From Candidatus Hadarchaeales archaeon (GTDB taxonomy: Archaea > Hadarchaeota > Hadarchaeia > Hadarchaeales > Hadarchaeaceae): a stretch of DNA of 32,000 nucleotides. Both the position numbers and the translations under genes were made by a program. Shown here piece after piece: positions 24,664 to 32,000 of this stretch (position 1 is the first letter of the stretch; each line of letters starts with the position of its first letter). A model generated the notes under the pieces. It was not told where the DNA came from. It made no database searches and saw only the letters and a program-made list of their open reading frames with translations. The stretch lies in assembly GCA_038823825.1 (NCBI GenBank), contig JAWBCC010000001.1, forward strand, positions 210,001-242,000, given 5' to 3'.

Positions 24664-25089
24664 ATGGATACCAAGGAGATGCTAGCGATCGTCGCGGTTG
24701 TCGTGGTTCTTCAGCTTTGTCTGAGCTTTATTGTTTATCTTTTTTCACCTTTTTTTGATCTTTCAGCCTTGGTTGTTGCTGTGGCGATCATGGCGTCTGT
24801 AGCTGGTTCGATTGCGGCAATTCTGCTTTTTCTTTTCAAACGCTACGCAACTGAGCGAGCGGTTAGGGTGGCAATGCTCACTTTGAGTGAGGATGAGAGA
24901 AAAGTTTTGAATGAGATATTAAGAGAAGGAGAGATAAGGCAGGACGTTCTTAGAAGGCGGGTCGACATGTCGAAGTCAAAACTCAGTGCTCTTGTCAACA
25001 ATCTCGAAAAGAAGGGTGCAATCATCAAAATAAGGTATCATAAGACAAACATTTTGAGGGCAACGAAGGAGTTCGGCGGGAAATCTTAA
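24664..25089 (+). CDS. Membrane-anchored winged-helix (MarR/TrmB-like) DNA-binding protein
   Basis: Two N-terminal TM helices are followed by LSEDERKVLNEILREGEIRQDVLRRRVDMSKSKLSALVNNLEKKGAIIKIRYHKTNIL, a typical wHTH pattern. Confidence 0.6.
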   Translation: MDTKEMLAIVAVVVVLQLCLSFIVYLFSPFFDLSALVVAVAIMASVAGSIAAILLFLFKRYATERAVRVAMLTLSEDERKVLNEILREGEIRQDVLRRRVDMSKSKLSALVNNLEKKGAIIKIRYHKTNILRATKEFGGKS

Positions 25090-25130
25090 TAGTGTTGGGG
25101 CAGAAAAGATTTTGTTTGGAGGTGGATTGC

Positions 25131-25577
25131 ATGCCCGTGACGGTTGAAGATTTCATGACGAGAAAGGTCGTGAAGATAGAGGCTTCTAGAACGATTGCGG
25201 AGGCGGCCAGATTGATGGCAGAGGAAAAAGTTGGAAGCATCATAGTTTTCCAGGAAGATCGGCCTGTCGGAATTGTCACGGATAGGGACATCGTGGTCAG
25301 AGCGGTGGCTCGAGGTTTATCGATGGACGAAAAAGTAGAAAAGATAATGTCCCAGCCGCTGATAACTGTGGAATCTAAAACACCCATAATAGAAGCCATC
25401 CAGCTGATGGACAAGCATATGATAAGACGGTTGCCGGTGGTCGAGGAGGGCAAAATAGTTGGAATTTTGACATCGACAGATATTGGCAGGGCATCGAAGA
25501 TCTTAGCTCCCTTCCTTCTTCCCAGAATTCCGGAGATATATCTAATTCCGCTGAAAGAGGGGTCAAAGCCAGATTGA
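25131..25577 (+). CDS. CBS-domain pair protein
   Basis: I chose ATG 25131, preceded by ggaggtgg. It has two CBS repeats: VEDFMTRKVVKI......IAEAARLM.E.KVGSIIV and IMSQPLITVE....I.EAIQLM.KH.IRRLPVV..GKIVGILT..DI. Confidence 0.8.
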   Translation: MPVTVEDFMTRKVVKIEASRTIAEAARLMAEEKVGSIIVFQEDRPVGIVTDRDIVVRAVARGLSMDEKVEKIMSQPLITVESKTPIIEAIQLMDKHMIRRLPVVEEGKIVGILTSTDIGRASKILAPFLLPRIPEIYLIPLKEGSKPD

Positions 25578-25587
25578 GGGAATTCTC

Positions 25588-26169
25588 TTGAGAAGAACGA
25601 TAGGAAGATTGAGGAAACACTTCGCCCGGCAAGAGAGGATACAGGAAAATGTGCAGAAACTCTCCCGCGAGATAATAAGAAATGCGTCGAGAGCTATTAG
25701 CGCTATTCACAGGGGAAATTTCAAGACCGCTAATGCTTTGATCAGAAAAAGCGGTGAAAATCTAAAAAGTTTCGAAGCACTTTTGGATGAAGAGGGTTGG
25801 GGAATGTTCTATAATGTCCTCGTTTCAGCTCAGCAGGAGTATGCCGAAGCGGTTATGCTAGCCTCTATCTTGAAAAACGGGACACTTCCGGATCTTGAGA
25901 GTCTTGGAGTTTTTCCAAGAGCGTATGCATTCGCCTTGGCAGACGTTGCCGGAGAACTTTACAGGGTTTTTCTCAATGGTGTGAGAAATGGAGATAGGCG
26001 TGAGAGCGAAAAAATCTTGGGGGTTATGGAGGAAATTTTTGAGATGTTAATGGAGCTTGATTTCCCACAGTCTGTTTTACCGGGCATGAAACACAAACAG
26101 GATCGGGTGAGGAGGATAGTAGAACAGGCTAGGAGGGATTTTACTCTGGCCTTCATGGAGGGTGGTTAG
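25588..26169 (+). CDS. Translin-family protein (archaeal translin/TRAX-like)
   Basis: The 193-aa all-helical ORF has AQQEYAEA and LADVAGELYR blocks reminiscent of PF01997 members. It uses a TTG start at 25588. The assignment is by recollection of the family pattern. Confidence 0.6.
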   Translation: MRRTIGRLRKHFARQERIQENVQKLSREIIRNASRAISAIHRGNFKTANALIRKSGENLKSFEALLDEEGWGMFYNVLVSAQQEYAEAVMLASILKNGTLPDLESLGVFPRAYAFALADVAGELYRVFLNGVRNGDRRESEKILGVMEEIFEMLMELDFPQSVLPGMKHKQDRVRRIVEQARRDFTLAFMEGG

Positions 26170-27745
26170 TTTGCCGTTTGATGTCGGAAAGTTGCGTGAA
26201 CTTGCGGAGAAGGATTTCAGGAAGGCTTGGGAAGAAAGCGCGAACCTTGTCAGGAAATCGGGCAGGGTTTTCGAGCTCCAACCTAGCGGAAAGCCAAACC
26301 CACTCTTCGAACTTGTACAAAGATTCAGACAGGCTCTGATTAGACTTGGTTTCAGGGAGATGATTGTCCCGATTATCGTCGACAAGCGTGAGGTCTATAA
26401 GCAATACGGATCGGAGGCGCCGATAATATTGGACAGGGTTTTCTTCCTCGCAACGCTTGAGCGTCCTGACATTGGAATCGGGAAGAAAAAGATAGAGGAG
26501 ATAAGGAGCTTTCTTCCATCGTTCAACAAGGTTGAGAAGCTTCAGGAAATTTTTAGGAGGTATAAGCTGGGGGAGATTCCTGCGGACGACCTGATAGAAA
26601 CGATTTCGAGCGAGCTTTCGATTTCCGATGCGGAGGCGGAGAAAATTTTATCACTCTTTTCTGAGCTGAGAGATCTTAAACCTGTTCCTGGCGATCTCAC
26701 GCTGCGCTCGCATACGACGGCCGGCTGGTTCGGGATACTCGCAGAGCTCTACCGGAGAGAGTCTCTTCCAATCCAGCTCTTTCACGTCGGGCCAAAGTTC
26801 AGGAGAGAACAAAGACTCGATGAAACGCATCTGTATGAGTCTTGGACGGCGTCAGTTGTCGTGATGGCGAAGGAGATAACGCTGGAAGATGGAATGGAGA
26901 TAACAAGGAGAATCTTTGCCGAAGTTGGGTATCCGCGTGTTGAGATGAAGATCAAAAAGTCGACTTCGCGTTATTACGCTCCCGGGACGGAATTCGAAGT
27001 CTTCCTAGAACATAAGTCTGGTCCTGTTGAGGTTGGGGATGGAGGGCTTTACAGTCCGGTTGCTCTGGCGAACTACGGGATACCGTATCCGGTTTTCAAT
27101 TTGGGAATCGGGCTTGAACGTCTTCTCATGATCGAGACGGGGGAAACGGATATACGCAGGCTGGTTTATCCGTATCTCTACACACCTGTTGTTCTTTCCG
27201 ATGAAGAGATAGCGAAGATGATTCACATGGTGGAGATTCCTAAAACAGAGGTCGGGAGAAAGATCGCCGAAAATTTGTTTGAGATAGCGAAAAAATATGC
27301 CGATGCTCCCAGTCCGTGCGGATTTCTTGTCTTCGAGGGTGAAATCGGCGGGAGACGGGTGAGCGTTAAGCTTGTGGAACCGGAGGAGAATAAAAAGCTC
27401 GTGGGACCCGCAGGTTTTAACGAAATCTTTGTTTATGACGGAAACATCATAGCGGTTCCGCCAACTGGCTGGGAGGAAAAAGAATTCGTCAGAGTAGTCA
27501 GGGAGAAGGGGATCTCGACTGGGATAAAGTTCATGTCGGCTTTTGCAAACTTGGTCGGAAGGAGAGCGGAGGAAGCCGTTGAGAGTGGGGAGAAAATGGT
27601 GGAGGTTCAGATTAAAAATGTGAAGCTGCCATCGGACATAAATTTGGAGATAGAAGAGCCCGCGAGGAACTTTATAACATCGAACAAGAAGAGGGTGGAT
27701 GTTCGCGGTCCCTTCTTCACAACGGCCGTGATAGAGGTGGAGTGA
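26162..27745 (+). CDS. sepS: O-phosphoserine--tRNA(Cys) ligase (SepRS)
   Basis: It has LRELAEKDFRKAWEES, HPLFELVQRFRQALIRLGF.E, the class II motifs LRSHTTAGWF and FHVGPKFRREQ, and GIGLERL. The length is 527 aa. The start is GTG 26162 or in-frame TTG 26171. Confidence 0.9.
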   Translation: MVSLPFDVGKLRELAEKDFRKAWEESANLVRKSGRVFELQPSGKPNPLFELVQRFRQALIRLGFREMIVPIIVDKREVYKQYGSEAPIILDRVFFLATLERPDIGIGKKKIEEIRSFLPSFNKVEKLQEIFRRYKLGEIPADDLIETISSELSISDAEAEKILSLFSELRDLKPVPGDLTLRSHTTAGWFGILAELYRRESLPIQLFHVGPKFRREQRLDETHLYESWTASVVVMAKEITLEDGMEITRRIFAEVGYPRVEMKIKKSTSRYYAPGTEFEVFLEHKSGPVEVGDGGLYSPVALANYGIPYPVFNLGIGLERLLMIETGETDIRRLVYPYLYTPVVLSDEEIAKMIHMVEIPKTEVGRKIAENLFEIAKKYADAPSPCGFLVFEGEIGGRRVSVKLVEPEENKKLVGPAGFNEIFVYDGNIIAVPPTGWEEKEFVRVVREKGISTGIKFMSAFANLVGRRAEEAVESGEKMVEVQIKNVKLPSDINLEIEEPARNFITSNKKRVDVRGPFFTTAVIEVE

Positions 27746-28593
27746 TGATTTCTGAGAGGGAGTTCCGCGCCTGTATTGTCGAACTTGTAAAAAAAGCTGA
27801 AACTAGAGCCCCTCAAGACGTGCGGAAAGCTCTTCAGAGGTGTGTGAGGATCGAGCGTTCAAGGGTTGCGAGGCTGCAGCTCGAGATGATGCTGGAGAAT
27901 CTAAAGCTGGCTGAAAAGAAGGAAGCACCAATATGTCAGGATACTGGAGTTCTCTCCTTTTTCGTTCGTGTTGGGGAGAGGCTTGATTTTGATGTTGCTC
28001 GTTCAATCGGTGCAGCGGTTCTAGAGGCGGAGGAAAAGGTACCTCTGAGGATGAGTGCCGTGGATCCGCTGAGCCGTGTGGCGATTTCTGGAGGTGTGTG
28101 GTCTGTCAACATAGAACCAGCAGATGAGGGGCTTGAAGTGGCTTTGCTTGTTAAGGGTGCCGGAACGGAGAACTTTTCAAAACTTTTCATGTTTTCACCA
28201 TCGAATGGCTTGGAAAAGGTAGAGGCGCAACTTTTGGAAGTCTTGCGGGAGGCTGGTGGTAAAATCTGTCCTCCCGTTATCGTTGGTGTCGGAATCGGGG
28301 GTGATGCTTCTCGCGCGATCCTGTTATCGAGACGAGCGCTCCTCAGGCGGTTGGATGTGAGAAATCCGGATCGAAGACTTGCGAAGTTGGAAAGATCGTT
28401 AACTGAAAGGACGAACTTGTTGAGAATTGGTCCGATGGGTCTTGGTGGAGTTTGTACTGTTCTCGGTGTGAAGATCGAAACCGCTCCGACTCACACGGCA
28501 TGTTTTCCTATTGCGTTTTCCTTCCAGTGCTGGCCGGGGAGAAGGGGACTGGCTAGGCTTGTTGACGGAAGGATGGAGGTGATAGAGCCTTGA
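27742..28593 (+). CDS. fumA: Class I (Fe-S) fumarate hydratase / hydro-lyase, alpha subunit
   Basis: It has the signature APICQDTGV, then VKGAGTEN and VGVGIGG. It overlaps both neighbours by 4 nt. Confidence 0.85.
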   Translation: MMISEREFRACIVELVKKAETRAPQDVRKALQRCVRIERSRVARLQLEMMLENLKLAEKKEAPICQDTGVLSFFVRVGERLDFDVARSIGAAVLEAEEKVPLRMSAVDPLSRVAISGGVWSVNIEPADEGLEVALLVKGAGTENFSKLFMFSPSNGLEKVEAQLLEVLREAGGKICPPVIVGVGIGGDASRAILLSRRALLRRLDVRNPDRRLAKLERSLTERTNLLRIGPMGLGGVCTVLGVKIETAPTHTACFPIAFSFQCWPGRRGLARLVDGRMEVIEP

Positions 28594-29129
28594 AAATCCT
28601 TCATCCTCCGGTAACTCTAAGAGATATATCCAAGCTTCGTGCTGGAGATCTCGTGAAAATTTCTGGGAGAATTTTCACGGCGAGAGACAAGGCATATGTG
28701 AGGGTCGTTCAATCGGGTAAGGCGCCTGTTGACATGAGAGGGGGCGTGGTGTATCATTGTGGTCCGCTTGTTGTCAGACATGAGGAAAAATATGAGGTTA
28801 TCTCCGCAGGGCCGACAACGAGTTCTAGGATGGACGAAATTCAGGAAAGGTTTCTGCGAATCACCGGAGTAAAGGTTTTGATTGGCAAGGGAGGTGTTGG
28901 GGAAAAAATTGCCGCCAGACTTCCCGAGCTTGGATGTGTTTATCTCTCATTTCCAGGGGGCGCCGGGGTGCTTGCTGCCGGATTTGTTGAAGAGGTCGAG
29001 GAGGTAATCTGGGAAGATCTGGGGCCAGCCGAGGCCATTTGGGTCTTAAGAGTCAAGGATTTTCCTTGTGTAGTAGCTATAGACATACACGGCAAAAATC
29101 TCTACACTGGGAGAATGAAAAGAAAATAA
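28590..29129 (+). CDS. fumB: Class I fumarate hydratase / hydro-lyase, beta subunit
   Basis: It has LRAGDLVKISGRIFTARDKAY, VYHCGP, SAGPTTSSRMD, LIGKGG and FPCVVAID, and is 179 aa long. Confidence 0.85.
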   Translation: MKILHPPVTLRDISKLRAGDLVKISGRIFTARDKAYVRVVQSGKAPVDMRGGVVYHCGPLVVRHEEKYEVISAGPTTSSRMDEIQERFLRITGVKVLIGKGGVGEKIAARLPELGCVYLSFPGGAGVLAAGFVEEVEEVIWEDLGPAEAIWVLRVKDFPCVVAIDIHGKNLYTGRMKRK

Positions 29130-29171
29130 AAAAGAAAAAAAGGCTAGAGGGCCGGTTTTAAATCGACCCTC
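29128..29171 (-). terminator. Hairpin plus T-tract terminator candidate between convergent fumB and the surface-protein gene
   Basis: The stem pairs gagggccg (29147-29154) with cgaccctc (29164-29171), 7 of 8 bp, with a 9-nt loop. On the minus strand it is followed by ccTTTTTTTcTTTTTTaTTTT. Oligo-T tracts are the known archaeal termination signal. Confidence 0.45.
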
Positions 29172-32000
29172 AGGCTCTCCTGAAGATAGCGATTGCGGCC
29201 AGGATCAGTGCGATGATGACGATGACGATTGCGTAAGTTGCCCATGGTGTAACAGTCTTTGTGATTATAGCAGCGTCGGAGCCGGAGTTGCCTACCAGGT
29301 CCGTGGCGGTTATAGTTATCTGGTTCTTACCCTCGGCCAGCGGGATGCTTGCCGTGAACTTGCCTGTAGTTCTGTCAAGGTTCACGGAAGCGCCAGCCGG
29401 GCTAACCGTCACGGTGATGTCGTCGTAGGTCTCCCACTCGTCGATTGTGATTGTTCCTTCGATGACGACGGAGCTCTGACCAGTCTTCATGTTCTTATAC
29501 TTCGCATCGATTGTCACTCTTGGCGCGCTGGCATCGTATAGCAGATAACCGTAGCTAGTGCGGGATGTGCTGACGTTTCCTGCGACGTCGATCGTTTCGG
29601 TCAGGACTTCGACGACTTTACCCTGGTATTGGCTGATGTCAATGATGATCGTCCAGCGGTTGTCGCTGCCGGCTGTTGTGGAACCCAGAACAACTCCAGA
29701 CTGGATGAGTTGGCCGGTTCTGAAGTTGTAGAGGTTGGCTAGCACTCTCACGGTCGCACCAGCCTCCGCGGTTCCGGAGATGGTGTAGGAGAATCTCCTC
29801 GACCTCTCCGGGGATTCCTTCGTGGTTCCCACGTACTGTGTGGTCGTGAGAACCGGCGCGGAAGGTGGTGTTATGTCGACCGTGAAGCGCAGGACAACCT
29901 TTGTTCTCTGAGCTCCCTTACCGTAGTTCGAGAACATACTGTCTCCGGCAATTGCAACGATCTCGTACGTTCCCTCTGGCAGGCAGATAGTGTTTTCTAG
30001 AACGTAGGCTAGGAAGACGTTCGGTACGGCGTTTTCAACGTTCTCCTCAACGGGGTAGATCTTCGGGAGGAGAACGAAGTTGTCTGCTGGCAGAACTCCC
30101 TTGTTATCGATAGCTTTCAGGACGACGACATAACCGTTGTCAAGGTTCTCGTTTTCGAAGAGGTCTGGCCAGTTGAGCTTATTCTCTATTCCCAGAACCT
30201 CGTCGCTGAAGGTCACTTTGATCACCAAGACGTTTTCGTTGGCGTAACCTCCGTCAGAGATGCTCTCCCCTGAGACGTTCTCTTTTACTTCTACTGTCAC
30301 ATTTGGAGCACGTGTGTCGACGACCAAGTTGTCGATGCTTTCTTCACCGATATTTCCGGCCTTGTCGATTATTCTTGCCGCGATCTTGTGTTTGCCGTCC
30401 GGAATAGTAAGCTCAAAGCTTACCAGTCCGGTCCAGTCCGCAACTCCACTGGCGACTACTTCGTTGTCCAATAGGACCTCGAGCTTCAGGCCTTCAGGTG
30501 TGTAGCCCGATGGTGTGAACACTAGGTTATCATCGGTATCGGAGAGAGTTACGTTGACCACGTAGTCGTTCTTGTTCTCGATGCCTACGGACAGTCCAAT
30601 ACCAGTCAGACTGGGAGCTATCGGTCTGCGTCTGTCGACGAATATCTTGTCAGCGAAGATGGCAACAGTATTCTCGTTCCCGAGCACATCTTTTGCCTTG
30701 TTTACTCTCACGGTTATGTAACCGTCGTTGTCCCAGTAATCCGTGTTCTCGGTTGTGTAGACTCCAGTCCACTCGGTGTTGTCTTCGTTCGGTGTAAGGG
30801 TGAGCAGCCTGGGAGCCATTCCGTTCTCCCAGATTTCTACGTTTTCGAAGGTGAACGATTCATTGCCCTTCAGCTTGATTGTCACGTTTTCGCTTCCGCC
30901 CACCCAGCTCTTGTCAACCTCGAGGGTGAGCACTGGCGGGTTACTGTCGACCTCAACTGAGGTAGTCCAGTTTCTGGCAAGATTTGTCGTATCCGTTGTT
31001 GTCACTGTGAAGTTGTAAAGACCGCTTGAAGTTGCTGACTCTACGGCGATCTTGAAGGTCACGGTTGAGCCGGGAGCGATTTGACCACCGGTCCACTCTA
31101 CATAGGTTGCCGCACTACTCGCGGACCATCCGCTCGGGATGTTCTCCACGGTTGCGGCGCTAACATCGAGTTCCTGACCCTTTTTTCTTATGACCACTGT
31201 GTTGTCTGAGACTCTGATTATTTCGAATGTTGTTGCTCTAGTGAGCTGTACCAAGGTACCAGCGGGTATGACAACTTCGTTGTCAATCAATTGTAGACTG
31301 CGCCCGCTGGGCAAGGTCCAGTTCATCACGTTCTGTGGTCTGTCTGTCACCAGAGTCACAGCATTGTCCTTTATGACCGCGGTTATGTCTGTAGCCGGTT
31401 TCACTGCGTTGTCGGACAATTTGATGTTCATATCGCCAACAGTTCTAAGCTTTGCATTCTCTGGAAGCATTACGATACTGGGACCGGTTTTGATCGCCAA
31501 AATGTCTTGATCCACAACTAGAGCCGTGCCGACGGGGTAACCAAAGCTTACGTCTTTGGCAACCTCAAAGTTTTCCCAGTCAACATTCTCTGTGAAAGTT
31601 CCTCCGCTAGCAGCGATTTTGACCTCGACGTCTTCAAGTAACTGCGTCTGTCCAAGTGGAGGCACCCAAACCCACTTGTTCTCCTTCACGATGACCACGG
31701 TGTTCTCCGGCAGGAAGATATTGTCGTTCTCGATCAGAAGCACGGTGGTTCCTGCGGGGATGTATACAACGTTATCAGCTGCAACAACGCATACATTGTT
31801 CTCCTTTGGAATCCGCACGACCGGGTATGGTTTTGACCATCCAGACGGAATGGTGACTCTCACTTTGCTGATGGCATGCACGCTATCTCCAGAGTTTGTT
31901 ACTGTGACGTCGAGAATCACGTTTTCTCCGCCACGGACTCTGCTTGGTGTGATCGAGATTGTTGCTGTGTGCGCTGCGCTGGTGAAACTCGTCGAAAGAA
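29170..32000 (-). CDS. Very large cell-surface (S-layer-like) protein with C-terminal TM anchor; the N-terminus lies beyond the window
   Basis: The frame stays open upstream of the tracked GTG at 31920 to the window end (manual translation ...TATISITPSRVRGGENVILDVTVTNSG...). The protein is T/V/N/S-rich and predicted beta-rich, with repeated ...V.V.V.N.G... strand patterns. I counted at least eight N-x-S/T sequons by eye (NVT, NES, NWT, NFT, NVS). The C-terminus is TPWATYAIVIVIIALILAAIAIFRRA. Confidence 0.6.
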   Translation of the reverse strand, partial: LSTSFTSAAHTATISITPSRVRGGENVILDVTVTNSGDSVHAISKVRVTIPSGWSKPYPVVRIPKENNVCVVAADNVVYIPAGTTVLLIENDNIFLPENTVVIVKENKWVWVPPLGQTQLLEDVEVKIAASGGTFTENVDWENFEVAKDVSFGYPVGTALVVDQDILAIKTGPSIVMLPENAKLRTVGDMNIKLSDNAVKPATDITAVIKDNAVTLVTDRPQNVMNWTLPSGRSLQLIDNEVVIPAGTLVQLTRATTFEIIRVSDNTVVIRKKGQELDVSAATVENIPSGWSASSAATYVEWTGGQIAPGSTVTFKIAVESATSSGLYNFTVTTTDTTNLARNWTTSVEVDSNPPVLTLEVDKSWVGGSENVTIKLKGNESFTFENVEIWENGMAPRLLTLTPNEDNTEWTGVYTTENTDYWDNDGYITVRVNKAKDVLGNENTVAIFADKIFVDRRRPIAPSLTGIGLSVGIENKNDYVVNVTLSDTDDNLVFTPSGYTPEGLKLEVLLDNEVVASGVADWTGLVSFELTIPDGKHKIAARIIDKAGNIGEESIDNLVVDTRAPNVTVEVKENVSGESISDGGYANENVLVIKVTFSDEVLGIENKLNWPDLFENENLDNGYVVVLKAIDNKGVLPADNFVLLPKIYPVEENVENAVPNVFLAYVLENTICLPEGTYEIVAIAGDSMFSNYGKGAQRTKVVLRFTVDITPPSAPVLTTTQYVGTTKESPERSRRFSYTISGTAEAGATVRVLANLYNFRTGQLIQSGVVLGSTTAGSDNRWTIIIDISQYQGKVVEVLTETIDVAGNVSTSRTSYGYLLYDASAPRVTIDAKYKNMKTGQSSVVIEGTITIDEWETYDDITVTVSPAGASVNLDRTTGKFTASIPLAEGKNQITITATDLVGNSGSDAAIITKTVTPWATYAIVIVIIALILAAIAIFRRA

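Noticed and set aside
25025-25453. A 142-aa minus-strand ORF opposite the CBS gene.
   Set aside because: It is antisense to a well-supported CBS-pair gene and the wHTH gene end. The product is S/T/I-rich low-complexity sequence.
1-32000. I looked for CRISPR arrays, IS elements or transposases, integrases, toxin-antitoxin pairs and rRNA genes.
   Set aside because: I saw no regularly spaced direct repeats, no terminal inverted repeats flanking an ORF, and no ORF with integrase, transposase or TA-like motifs. The only repeats found are the short ones listed as features.

Overview
The window is an archaeal chromosomal segment. Gene content points to a euryarchaeon resembling Archaeoglobi or methanogens: SepRS, Taw1, archaeal DtdA, phosphopantothenate synthetase, OCD-type alanine dehydrogenase and a two-subunit class I fumarase. 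The E/K/R/I-rich proteins suggest a thermophile. I can support about 34 protein genes and 3 tRNA genes, all with encoded CCA and one with a 59-nt intron. I saw no rRNA, CRISPR array, IS element or integrase. Positions 15.9-22.8 kb hold the classical archaeal proteasome/exosome superoperon (psmA, SBDS, rrp4, rrp41, rrp42, L37Ae, Brix, pcc1, pfdB), extended by a DHH phosphoesterase and taw1. The rest is mostly housekeeping: ftsZ, dtdA, a cation/H+ antiporter, ala, TIP49/RuvB-like, EF-1alpha, translin, sepS, fumAB and a very large C-terminally anchored surface protein. The one clearly accessory segment is a 6.1-kb two-gene cassette at 9669-15730 on the minus strand, wedged between tRNA-Gly and the superoperon. 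It encodes a 1018-aa gamma-class N6-adenine DNA methyltransferase with a TaqI-like target-recognition domain. That gene is translationally coupled (TTGA overlap) to a 1002-aa fusion of an N-terminal PLD/HKD nuclease domain with an SNF2-type helicase. This domain combination resembles parts of DISARM class 1, Type III and Type ISP restriction systems but matches none of their canonical layouts, so it is my best candidate for an undescribed defence module. Secondary curiosities are a membrane-associated four-gene regulator-like cluster (23.0-25.6 kb) that includes an untracked 58-aa ORF, an unusual tRNA-Asn intron, a 76-nt pcc1/pfdB overlap, and a repeat-bearing AT-rich intergenic region.
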